Positions 36,239 to 48,552 of a stretch of 64,000 nucleotides of DNA are shown here, one piece after another (the first letter of the stretch is position 1; each line of letters begins with the position of its first letter). The position numbers and the translations under genes are program-made. The stretch is from Selaginella moellendorffii. Its lineage: Eukaryota; Plantae; Lycopodiophyta. The stretch covers positions 395,569-459,568 of the forward strand of contig NW_003314342.1 of assembly GCF_000143415.4 (NCBI RefSeq), written 5' to 3'. The notes under the pieces are model-generated. The model made no database searches. It had not been told where the DNA came from and worked only from the letters and a program-made list of their open reading frames with translations.

Positions 36239-36451
36239 ATGGGAAAGACGGCGATCGATGAGACATCGACGGATGGGGAATTCAAGCGCACCGAGTCATC
36301 GTTTCGCAGCTGGATTTCTAGCAAAGAAGGGTGTGATATTCCGGCCGTGGCCGATAGGTACCATCTCTACATCTCGTATGCGTGTCCCTGGGCTTCCCGG
36401 TGCTTCGCTACGCTCAAGCTCAAGGGCTTAGACCATGCTATTGGCGTCACG
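36239..36451 (+). pseudogene. First exon only of a glutathionyl-hydroquinone reductase
   Basis: MGKTAIDE..GEFKRTESSFRSWI..RYHLYISYACPWASR with the active-site CPWA. Donor at 36452; the expected following exons are absent. Confidence 0.9.
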
Positions 36452-36872
36452 GTATGTCAAAGAAATTTCCTTCTTTCTTTTGGAAGCTAGAAGTGATGGA
36501 GTGCCAACCACAGAGACAATAGACGACGATATAGAGCGAATAAAGAGGAATGGGAAGCTCTAGAGCACCCTTCGCTGGAACTTTTCTCCGTGAATTTACC
36601 TCTGTGTAGCTGGTATAGTATATATATAACGAAAACTCATGGAAGTCGAGACTCCATAGTTGAATTCTAGTCTTCTACGTTGCTAGTGACCCAGGGTAGT
36701 CAGCCAAAGGCCACCTCGGGATCACTCCATAGCTATAGCTTTCTAGAGGTTTTTAGAGTAATATTAAGAACTTGGGAGCTCAGGCAATCTAGCGATCCAA
36801 AAGAGGACGCACACTAAAGAACACTGGAAGTTTCTTAAAAGAGTTTCTTCCCTCTGTTCTTCGTGATTGACA

Positions 36873-37466
<594 letters not shown>

Positions 37467-37496
37467 TGACGGCCCATCCAAATACTTGGAACTTGA

Positions 37497-39170
37497 ATGG
37501 ATTTCTCTCTTCTGGCGAGGGAATGCGCGAAGGCCAGGGATTTGGCACAGGCGCGGCAGATTCTGGCAGCAATCCAGCTCAATCCATATCGATGCCTGGA
37601 TCAGGACACCCGTCTGGGAAATCTTCTCATCGACATGTTTGGGAAATGTGGCTGCACGGGCAATGCGATTGAGGTCTTTGATCGCAACATCGCGTCCCGG
37701 AATGTCTTCTCCTGGAACATCCTGCTCGCGGCTTTGAGCCAGAATGGAGAGCTCCACAGCGCTCGGTTCCTATTCCAGCGAATCCCCTGCCACGATCTCG
37801 TTACCTGGAACACGATGCTCAGCAGCGAATCCTCATCCGCCAGCGCCAAATCGCTCTTCGATCAAATGCCTCAGCGGAACCTCCTCTCCTGGACAGCCAT
37901 GATCATCGCCGCCGCCGCCGCTGCTGCCGATTCGTGGGAGATTTTCAGTAGACTCCCCGAGCGTGATGCCATGGCATACAATGCCATCATTAGGGTTCTT
38001 GCGCGACATGGGCAATTAGCCCGTGGCGAGAGGATCTTAGCCCAGATGCCTAATCCCGAGGATGTGACGTGGACAACGCTAATCCAAGCATATGCCCAGA
38101 CTGGGCATCTGGAGCATGCAAAGGAACTGTTTATATCTTCTGGCTTCCAAACCAATCTCATCTCAACGGCCATGATACAAGCTTTCTCACACAGCTACCG
38201 TCTGTATGACGCAGAGAGAGTTTATAGTAAGCTCTCTAGCCCAGATTCTCTGGCATCGACAGCGATGCTAACCGCATATGCCCAATGCGGGCATATTTAT
38301 AAAGCCCGCATATTCTTTTTAGCGATGCCCAAGAGATCCCTAGCTTCTTGGAACGCGATGCTCACGGGGCTCTCGCAAAAGCACGAGCTGATAGAAGCGT
38401 TTAAGACTTTTTGTTTGATGCCACGGCGTGATCTCAAGTCGTGGAACTTGATCTTGTGCTCGTTCTCTCACAGCGATCGCCTGGAGGATGCCAAGAAGCT
38501 ATTCGAAGCAATGCCGGATCGAGACGCGGTGTCCTGGAACTTGATGCTCGATTCGTGTGTGACTTTCCGGGACTTGGATCAAGCACTGGCTTTGTTCTCG
38601 AGAGCGTCGAGCCGGGACGTTGTAACTTGGACTCTTGCTGTCACTCTCGCTGCTCGAGTTGGCCACCCAGATCAGGCATCGCAGTTCTTCTCAAGGATGG
38701 CGCAGCACGATCTCCTGGCACTGAACACGATGATCGGAGCCTACGCTCACGCCGGCCAGCTTGAGAGAGCTCGGAGGATCTTCGAGAAGATCGAGAGCCC
38801 CAGCACCGATTCCTGGAACTCGATGATTACTGGCTACGCACAGCATGGGCGGGCCGACCAGGCTCTCGGTCTCTTCACTGCCATGGAGCTCCTTGGGGAA
38901 AGACCAGATGAGCTGACCTTCGTGGGGATTCTTTCGGCTTGCAGCTACCAAGGACAAGTGGACGCTGCTCGTGAATACTTCGTCTCAATGCAAGGTGACT
39001 ATCGCGATGTGGAAGTCACGGTGGATCACTACTGCTGCATGGTGGACACGCTTGGGAGATCCGGAAAGCTTGCAGATGCTAGAGAGCTGAGTAGAACGAT
39101 GCCGTTTGAGCCCGACCATGTGGTTTGGACCAGCTTGCTGGGCGCTTCTCGAATTCATGGCAAGCGATAG
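37497..39170 (+). CDS. PLS-class PPR protein ending early in the E region
   Basis: 557-aa intronless ORF with PPR motifs, ending HYCCMVDTLGRSG..WTSLLGASRIHGKR*. Confidence 0.9.
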   Translation: MDFSLLARECAKARDLAQARQILAAIQLNPYRCLDQDTRLGNLLIDMFGKCGCTGNAIEVFDRNIASRNVFSWNILLAALSQNGELHSARFLFQRIPCHDLVTWNTMLSSESSSASAKSLFDQMPQRNLLSWTAMIIAAAAAAADSWEIFSRLPERDAMAYNAIIRVLARHGQLARGERILAQMPNPEDVTWTTLIQAYAQTGHLEHAKELFISSGFQTNLISTAMIQAFSHSYRLYDAERVYSKLSSPDSLASTAMLTAYAQCGHIYKARIFFLAMPKRSLASWNAMLTGLSQKHELIEAFKTFCLMPRRDLKSWNLILCSFSHSDRLEDAKKLFEAMPDRDAVSWNLMLDSCVTFRDLDQALALFSRASSRDVVTWTLAVTLAARVGHPDQASQFFSRMAQHDLLALNTMIGAYAHAGQLERARRIFEKIESPSTDSWNSMITGYAQHGRADQALGLFTAMELLGERPDELTFVGILSACSYQGQVDAAREYFVSMQGDYRDVEVTVDHYCCMVDTLGRSGKLADARELSRTMPFEPDHVVWTSLLGASRIHGKR

Positions 39171-39359
39171 CAGAGTTTTATTTGCTCGATCAAGTCCCTG
39201 GAAGGAAGATCAAACGAGCACGAGCTTAAACGGATTGAAGCATGAAAGCATTGGCAACTTACCGATCTAGCTTTATGTTCCTGGAAGTTCGAGTTTTATC
39301 AAGGAAGGATCACACATCTGGGATGAAACTTAGTGAAGCTATTCTACCTCCGGGATTCG

Positions 39360-39660
39360 TCCTGAAGGTATGATCTTGTTTCTCTAAAAATGTGGGATCG
39401 ATATAAAGCAATAATCACGGTGAGTTTTTCTCTTTTCCTTCTTGTTTGGTTCTTTCATGATTTTGGCATGCTAGTTTCGTAGTTTGGATCGACAATTATT
39501 GATTCCAGGTCTAGGCCTGTCCAGGTTTGGAGTTCCTTCCATGAGGTTAAGAACAGCAGAAGCCAGAGAGATTTGAAAATAACGTGTGGTGGTTCTTGGA
39601 TCTAAAAGACGTTCCTCGAGGAGGTTAGTTGCCTTTTGGTCTGTTTTCTTTTGTTGTTTT
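39360..39660 (+). pseudogene. Degenerate, deleted fragments of an NDUFAF7 copy
   Basis: Matches 14541-14582, ~14647-14728 and ~15251-15358, including intron sequence. Confidence 0.8.
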
Positions 39661-40450
39661 TTGAGAAACTTTTTCATTGGTACTAATCTCTTTCGGATTT
39701 TTATAAAGCTAAGCTAATGGTATCATTCCCAGCCCCGAAGGAGCCCACGATACGAGCTATATTACATGTTAGCACAAGTGGTCTTTTACGGTCTACGCAA
39801 AGCAAGAGTTCCCGGAATCTAGCGATTACGAAAGTAGTTGTGATGGCAGTAGCAGCTCAGTGAGCAGTAAACACGAGGAAGGGATAAGCCGAGTCGCAAG
39901 TTTTTCTTTGTTATCTAAACTTTTGATCCAGAGAGACGAGTGCAATGATCTTGCGGAATTCGGCTCCCCACCTTCAAACCAATACTCCTTCAGCAATTTT
40001 CGTTCAAGGTGATGAAAGTTCTTGGCGCTCTCAGACGATCATAACAGAACGCACAGCTCTTTGAGAAGATATGGTGCATCGCTTCAAGAACGTCGTCGAT
40101 CCTAGCGATTCAAGCGCTGGCATTTCCAGATCCATCGCTGGGAGTGTGTGAAAGAGATGCTATTGTACATATATCACACCACCCTTCTATGTTCCCTGTT
40201 AAGTAGTTCTCTGCTCTAAAGGAAGACGGGAAAAAAGGAGTGTCACTCCAGCATGAAATTTTCAAGGCTTTGGCAGATCCTTTCCACTCTGCTGCAGCAG
40301 CATATCATAGTTAAGGGATACTAACTGCGAGAGATTCTGCGAAAGCCAAAAAAAGAAAAATCCCAGTCGGCCAGCACCATCGTCAGTCAAAACAGGACTT
40401 GGATTTGATATTCACAGACATTTGCTTTGTCATTGTTTTAAAACTTTGAT

Positions 40451-43148
40451 CTAGCTATTGACATTGTTGTTCCTTTGCGCGGCCAGGACTAGAGACATGC
40501 CGCTACGACAGACCTGCTCTATAGCTCTGCCATTTTCCACTGTATCAACTTGTTGCGGGCGGTATCGTGGCCTTTCGGTCTTGCAAAAGAGCCAGTCGAG
40601 TCCATTCAGCACCATGAACGTACCAATGCCGCCGATCAAGCCATAAGCAATGGAGTACGTAAGAGGCATGAGGATGATGGTAATGAACGCCGGGATGGCT
40701 TCTCTCATGTCATCCCAGTCAATCTCCTTGACGGACTTCACCATCAAAACTCCGACGAGAACAAGCGCCGGTCCAACTGCCCAAGGTGGAATAGAAGCCA
40801 GCAGCGGTGTGAAAAACAGCGCCAGGAAAAAGTACATCGCCACAGCAAGAGCAGTAATCCCGGTTCTCCCACCTTCTCGAATTCCCGTGGACGACTCGAT
40901 GAAAGCGGTGACAGGGGAAGTTCCAAGTGCCGAGCCGACCACGATTGCTGCATCGCTCATGAAGCATCGCTCATCGCTCGTCGGCTGCAGGGGAAGTTCC
41001 AAGGCCTGTTACCCCAGAGTTACTCACCCACTCTGGCGGTCCCTGCGGCATCTCGGACTGCTCGCTGGTCTGCTCCAACGCCACCATCCCGGCACAGCGC
41101 TGCTCGGGCCTCACTCCCGGCGGTACACCGCTCACTCTAGTCAAGCCAGGTGCCGAGTGCAAGGACCCAGGGGCCCAGAACAAAGGATACTCCGACTGCC
41201 TGGACCAGACGAAGCGTGATCTCATCGTTGCCACGGCAGCTTCCTCGCTCATCGGCAGTGTCATCATGGGAGTCTTCGCAAATCTCCCGCTCGGGCTGGC
41301 GCCTGGGATGGGAGCAAACGCCTACTTTGCGTACACCGTCGTCGGCTTCCACGGCTCCGGAAGTGTCTCCTATGGTGGAGCTCTAGCGGCTGTGTTCGTC
41401 GAGGGACTGATCTTTCTCGGGCTGGCAGCACTCGGCCTCAGGACTCGGCTGGCCAAGGCCATCCCTCGCCCCGTCCGCATCTCCAGTGCGGTTGGTATCG
41501 GTGTCTTCCTCACCTTAATCGGCTTGCAGTCGAGCGAAGGCGTCGGGCTCATCGTCTTCAGTCCGTCATCTCTGGTGACGCTGGGTGGATGCCCGGCAGT
41601 GGACCGAGTAGCGGTAGCACCGGTTGTCACCAACACCACAACCGGTGTCTCCCGTCTCATGCCCGGCGGTACCATCTCCTCTAACGTCCTGTGCACGCGT
41701 AACCGGATGGAAGATCCCACTCTCTGGCTTGGGGTCATCGGCTTCGTCATCATCGCATATGCTCTCGTCAGGGGTGTCAAAGGTGCCATGATCTACGGCA
41801 TTGTCTTCGTCACCGGCATCTCCTGGTTCCGGGGAACGAAGGTGACGTACTTCCCAAATACCGACGCTGGTAACACGGCCTACTCGTACTTCCGCAAGGT
41901 GGTCGACGTTCACACCATCAAAGGCACCGCTGGAGCTCTCTCCTTTGCTGAAATGGGCAAGAGCCAGTTCTGGGTGGCGCTCATCACCTTCCTCTACGTC
42001 GACATACTGGATACCACCGGAACTCTCTACTCCATGGCCAAGTTCGCCGGCTACGTCGACGAGAATGGCAATTTCGAGGGGCAGTACCAGGCCTTCATGA
42101 GCGATGCTGCAGGGGGATGCTGCAGGGGAAGTTCCAAGTGCCGAGCCGATGAGCCAAGCCTTCATCACTCATCACTCATCACGTAGATCATGGCACCTTT
42201 GACACCCCTGATGAGAGCATACGCGATGATGACGAAGCCGACGACCCCAAGCCAGAGAGTGGGATCTTCCATCCGGTTACGCGTGCACAGGACGTTAGAG
42301 GAGATGGTACCGCCGGGCATGAGACGGGAGACACCGGTTGTGGTGTTGGTGACAACCGGTGCTACCGCTACTCGGTCCGCTGCCGGGCATCCACCCAGCG
42401 TCACCAGAGATGACGGACTGAAGACGATGAGCCCGACGCCTTCGCTCGACTGCAAGCCGATTAAGGTGAGGAAGACACCGATACCAACCGCGCTGGAGAT
42501 GCGGACGGGGCGGGGGATGGCCTTGGCCAGCCGAGTCCTGAGGCCGAGTGCTGCCAGCCCGAGAAAGATCAGTCCCTCGACGAACACAGCCGCTAGAGCT
42601 CCACCATAGGAGACACTTCCGGAGCCGTGGAAGCCGACGACGGTGTACGCAAAGTAGGCGTTTGCTCCCATCCCAGGCGCCAGCCCGAGCGGGAGATTTG
42701 CGAAGACTCCCATGATGACACTGCCGATGAGCGAGGAAGCTGCCGTGGCAACGATGAGATCACGCTTCGTCTGGTCCAGGCAGTCGGAGTATCCTTTGTT
42801 CTGGGCCCCTGGGTCCTTGCACTCGGCACCTGGCTTGACTAGAGTGAGCGGTGTACCGCCGGGAGTGAGGCCCGAGCAGCGCTGTGCCAGGATGGTGGCG
42901 TTGGAGCAGACCAGCGAGCAGTCCGAGATGCCGCAGGGACCGCCAGAGTGGGTGAGTATGCTGGCGTTCACCGCGAGGATATATGCCATCGTGAGGAAAG
43001 TTGCTGTGCCGGCTCTCACCTCTCGAGTGAAGCAAGAGTTTCGCTCCTCCAGCTTGAAATACCTCCCGACTCTGCTCCGAGCGACTGCCATGTTGAGGTG
43101 ATCTATGCCTGAGTTCCATTGCTCGCTCAATCTCCTGATAGAATCCAT
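40451..43148 (-). pseudogene. AZG1: AZG-type adenine/guanine permease (NCS2/AzgA) broken by an inversion-duplication
   Basis: 5' part 43148-42182 (-): [35 protein letters not shown]. Middle part 41021-42112 (+): DILDTTGTL. 3' part 40964-40451 (-): [30 protein letters not shown]. Confidence 0.9.
41021..42958. repeat. Inverted repeat, arms 41021-41797 and 42182-42958 (777 bp each), 384-nt loop
   Basis: Arms are reverse complements with about 7 mismatches by eye. The ORF track shows mirror ORFs on opposite strands. Confidence 0.95.
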
Positions 43149-44056
43149 TGTGAAAACTTTGAGCAGCCTAAAGGGGAAGTCGGCAAGAAAAGGATGTTGA
43201 GCTCACAACCGAAATCCAAATATGTGTGATTATTTATATTATACATGCAAGAACAATGATTGTCCTAAATGACGTTGTAAACTTGTGGTGTGCAAGAGGA
43301 AACAATCTCCAAAACCGTTTCCAGATCCAGTAAGTTCTACTCTGCGAGCTCTACACTCCGCAAAGGTTCTACAGAACTGTTACTTGTTTGTCTTCTTCAC
43401 GCAGATATCTCTCGTCTTACCACCCCAGAGTTTTATGTGCTCGAGTTCCTGGAAGTTCGATTTCATCGAGGAACGATCACACATCTGGAATGGAACCTAC
43501 CGAAGTTATTCTTCTAGCTGGAAATCTTCTGGGTTATCTACGTCGATCGGCTGCTCGGGCTGCTCAGAGACAACCTGGTGTTTGATCACAGCACTTGCGA
43601 TCATTCAAGCGTAGTTATTAAGCTTACGATTCTCGCTGGGGAGCGCAAGAGAAGGTAGTCCTCGAGCTCGTTGTCGTGAAGCTGGACCCTTGCGTCCATG
43701 AGCTCCAGCGCTCGCTCCAGATTTTCCACAGACGGCTGCGACAGCGCGCGTCCTAAAAGCGAGAGATTTAGCGATCCATGGCCTTGGCACACGATATTTC
43801 GCAGCCATTCTCACCCGATGCAGTCGTCAGGCCTGGAATGTCGTGCACGGACGGAGAGGTTTCCAGCAGAACGGCCGTGTACCTGGACTCCCTGATGATC
43901 CTTGCATCTGGAGCTAGCGATTCTCCCGTGAGACCCTGGCGAAACAGAAATGCCGCATAGCTTACCGCGCCTAGAGCGCTCGTCCGCCATGGCCCTGTTT
44001 TTAGGGTTCTTGGGGGATTTGACCAGTTGGCATAACATTAGGGCTTTAGAGAAGCT

Positions 44057-45624
44057 ATGGCGATTCTTTGTTTGCCGCCACCAGCGCCAGACAGGGCGGC
44101 CGGCAAGGATTTCGAGGAGGCGGTGGAGCGGCGCTGGAAATGGCTGCAATGCGTGGAGGATCTGGTGAGGAAGATTGTTCTAGGGGGCGAAGGCCGGATG
44201 TGGCTGTGCGCGGCGCTGGGATCTCTTGATTTGCCCCCGGCGGCGCAAAGAGCTGCGTTTCTAGGGCTCGTCTCGAAAGATGGCGAGGAAGGGCGCAGTA
44301 TTCGGCAGCGCGTCATCCGGATGCTGTGCGAGAACAGGCCCGCGTGGGCAGCGAGGGTTCTCGCTCGCGACGATCGACTTCTAAGGCGATTCTTCGAAGG
44401 TAAACCATCGAATCTCGCTTCATGGATGTGATTCATGGGTTGCTTGCGCAGGAGATTCACAGAGAATACTTCAGTGGTTTGGGAAGTTCTCGAGCGGTGG
44501 CAACAGCGATCACCAGTGGGGTGCTCGAGCGCTGGCTCGATTTACTTTCGTCCATCGTGAATCCTGCTGGCATGAGCTCGATTGGAATGGCAAGCACGGC
44601 CAAGCTCCGGCCACGGTCGCGTCAAAGCCACATTACTTCCTCGAGCTTGATGTGTTGCGAACAGTGGACAACTTCCTCGACAAGGTGCCATCCTTTTGGA
44701 GGTCTGACGAGCTCTGGGACTCCATGAAGAATGGAGAGTTTTTGAGCCTCGACATAGACTTCTTCATCAACGCGCTTGAGGAGAAGATGATGGTGGACGA
44801 TTGCCCAGAGACTTGGAATCTCGTGGAAGACTACCTCGCGGAGGAATCGCTGTCCAAGCTCTCCAACTGCGTGCTCCATCTCCTCTCGGAGGAGAGCCTC
44901 TTGACTTTCGTGAACGAGCTCGTCTTCCAGATGAGCAGCAAGGGACCGAGAAAGAACGAGAGGAAAGGTGGCGGCCGGGAAAAGCAAAAGACTTGGCTGC
45001 AAGAGGTGATTCTATCCGAGGAAAGGTGCCCGACGCTCTACGATGCTATCGTTTGCAACGCTTGTGCCAACCACAGGAGACAGATAGTGAAGATCGTTGG
45101 GGATGAAGACTACGAGGAAGAAACAAAGGTTTTGAAGCGACTACTTGGTGAGGCCGAGTGTGATCCAGCGGTGGTGTGGGCGGTGAGGAGGCAGAACTTG
45201 AAGCTGGATAAGTGGAGTTGCTTGAAGTTCCTGGGGCTGGAAGCACTGATGCTTTATTGGTATCTCACGGAGAATAGCGGTCAGATCTCCTATCCTCTTC
45301 TATTCAAAGAGAACGGGATACGTTCCGACGCGGCTCCAGTAACCCCGAGGAAGAGGAAGAAGAGGAAAAGTCGGAAGAGCCGAAAGGATACAGAGGATTC
45401 AAGTAATTCTGGCTCTGACGATGGTGAAAGCAGCAGTATGGAGCACAAGTCGTGGAGATTGTGCACGGACAACTTTCGGTTTTTGTGGAGAAAGGTTTGC
45501 GAAGCTGTTTTGTTTTTTTACTGACAAGATGATTTGCTCGCTCCAATTCCAGGAAGATCTTCCCGAACATCTCTCTGGTTACGCGTTTGACGAATGGGTC
45601 AGGTGGACGGTCGCGCATTGGTAG
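44057..45624 (+). CDS. Conserved uncharacterised plant protein (At5g48340-like), 3 exons
   Basis: EGRMWLCAAL, RRFFEG|DSQRILQWF, ELDWNGKHGQAPATVASKPHYFLELDVLRTVDNFL, and NLS RKRKKRK. Confidence 0.75.
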
Positions 45625-48552
45625 AAGAGTTCATGGAGTCAAGTCCTTTCTCTGTACTGAAAACTCCACATGCTTCCATGTTTGACGAAGAGGTACACGC
45701 TTTACAGTCCGAATTTCTTTTCTTTTCTTTTTCCGAACCAGATTTTTTATTTTTTATTTTTTTCAGATTTTCTCGTATGAAGCAGCTCTTTCGATAGGTT
45801 ACATTCTACGCGGCAACCTCAAGAATGAGGGTAAAGAGTTCTTTACTCCATCAGCAATGTTTCCACTTAATCATGCACCGTTTCCTTTTCATTGTTCTAT
45901 GTAGGCGCTCTTTCCATTGCGGTTTGGATTCGTTTTAAAGCAATGGCTGACAAAAACAAGAAAATAAGCAAAGCGCTCGTGTAAGATTCGAAGTTTTTTC
46001 TGTTTAGACAGTTTTTACTGTATCAGAGATCGATGCCGGTAGTGATTCTTGATCTCTGCCAGTGGAAAATGTGCGTGGTTCCTTTCTTTTGGTTTCTTTT
46101 GTTCTCGCTGCTGCTTGACTAACCATCCATTGGTTTCCTTCTTCGTCGTTGTTTTATGTAGGTGCTCTTTGCATTGCGTGGTCCGGGCTGGCATAAAATT
46201 GACGACAATGAACGATAAGAGCAAGGACATGCTGACAAGAAAACAAAGGCAGGAGAGAGAGAAAAATAGTTTGACAAGATAAAAATTTAAAAAAGAAAAA
46301 GAAAAAGACCAGGAAAACGGGAGCGAGCGAGCAAGCAACAGTGACATAAAGTAAAAGCGGGTGTAGATTCTAAGTTAAAATAATAAGTTACCAGTTTTTT
46401 TTTCGTCTTTTATTCGCTCTCGAAAAGACATTTAGCATATTTAATCTAAAATCCCTTCTAGAAGACCGTGATTGAGGTTTTTTTCCTCTTTTTTTTTGTT
46501 TTCTTGCACCTACTACACTCAATCAAAAGATGAGAGAGTAATAAACTGATGGAAAATACTTATTGCTCAAATGATCCAAAAGAATAGTATTAGGCACCAT
46601 TGTTTCGTTGTCATTAAATTATACTAGTCTTTCACGTGGCCACTTGAGAACAACAAACTAATCCAAAGCTGCGTGCATTTTTCTCTACTTTTTAAGTCTT
46701 GGAGGCTACCGAGTCGTAGTCGATGCATCCAAAAGTATGATTAGATGCTGCACTTAATATGCTAGTGTCTTAGCTATTTTTTTTTCCTATTTTTTCATAA
46801 ACTCCGGAATCCACTCATGTTGTTAGTTATATTTCAGATCAGGGCATGTGCAACAGGGTATTTCGAGATCTACAAAATAGTATTTATTTGCATTGTTTTT
46901 ATTCCAACACGTAGTGCCTACGTTTTAAGGCATCTTTCCACTAATGGTAAGAAAATGGTAGAAAGGTGGCGGCATTCAATTCAAACTACAACTTTCCGCG
47001 ATCAGAACCCTTTAAACTTTAGAAATTTTACTATTGAACTGTGTTTTTTCTTTGCCAACTTTAGCTCGAAAGAAAGGTGGCGAAGCTCGGTAAAACCACA
47101 CCATACCTTGTACACGCAACTCTACTCGTACACCTACCTCGCAACAACTTTGCACCTGTGACCTTTGATTTTTTATTTAGAAAATACTAAGAAAATAAAA
47201 AGTTACAATATTTTTCTTTGGGAGACGCACTCACCGTTTTTTTTTCTATTTCCGTGTATCTTATTTGGATTTTGTTACAAGCACCAAGCTTGGGGCCAGT
47301 AAGTTATACAAAAAAATTCTCCCCACCAAACCAGCAATATATAAGCAATTGAGTAAACAATTACAACTGTTTTGAGGAAAAAAAGGGAAGTTTTTTTAAT
47401 CTCTGGCATTTTGTGTTGCTTCTCCTTTGGGATGTGTTTGTTGACAGGCATGGCTTTTTCCTGCTCCCAACAAAAAAAAACCACACAGAACTGCACACAC
47501 AGATCCAAGGGAAACCTACAGGAAGCAAAGGTGTGTTTTTTTTCATCATCTTTTCGGCTTTGGGTACCTTTTTTTTTTTCCTGGCTAAGTTGTTGTTTGT
47601 CCATTGCATCTTTGCTTTGAATCCAATCCTTCCTGCTCTCCCTTTTTTTCTTCTTCCAGCTCTTTTTTTTTTCTTTTAGGTCCTACCTAGCTGCTAGGCT
47701 AAGCTAAAGTAGTGGCATGGCATTCTGTGTGATTTTTTTTTTTTTTCCTGCCAAAGTTTTTTTTTTTTTTTTTTCATTTCTTATGCTTAAAAATAAGGCA
47801 ACCCAAAAGCTTGTGAGCACCAAGCTCTTCTTGGCTATGGCAGTAGCAGCAGCAGCAACAACAAGAAGAAAAGATGGCGTAACAATTTTTTCGTGATCAA
47901 GGGCTCCGATCTCTGGATTTCCCTGTGCATTTTTTTCTGCTTGGCTACATAGTGTGTTTTACCTTCTTCTTCCTCTCCTCTTTTTTTTTCTTTGGAGTTG
48001 GAGTTCCTCAAGAAATTTCATGTGGGTTTGCGCTGTGCATCGCCATCGCGCCCTCTCGGCGGCTCGCAAGAACCAGGGGCCCTGATTGACATCGCCAGTG
48101 ATCGATCCATCCATTATCTCGTTCGCCCAGGTGCGTGAATCGCGGCCTTAAAACCTCGGGCGCCCGTGTGATTGTCTTTCTTTTTCTCGTTGTCTGGAGA
48201 GATTAGGGCGACTCCTGTTGCTGGAGATCGATCTCCTCCATCCTTTCCTGCTTGGTTTGATCGGCTTCTCCCGCCCGCTAGATCGACGCGCAGAGAATGC
48301 AGATCCTTGAATTCTCTCTCCATTCTTTTTGAAAAATACCTATGTGCGTTTTGCTCCTTTGAGAGTTTAGCGTGTTCTTTCTTCCATCAAAGTTTGAAGT
48401 GTGTGTTCTTCCTCTCCTCCAAGTGTGTGTGTTCTTCCATCCAAAGTTCTCGCTTTCTTCCTTGCTTCCTCGCTCGCTCGCTCTCTCTCTCTCTCTCTTA
48501 ATCTTTCCTCTCTTTTATTAATGCGAGAACTTTGCTCACAGATCCAGCGCGC

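Noticed and set aside
26743-36451. Trans-splicing or back-splicing to rebuild GHR from its scrambled halves
   Set aside because: I could not find the middle exons (TVPVLWD/NNES/NNGVY region) anywhere in the window, so no full protein can be assembled locally.
46225-46260. tgacaagaaa.. resembling the start of miR156
   Set aside because: It does not match the mature sequence and there is no complementary arm.
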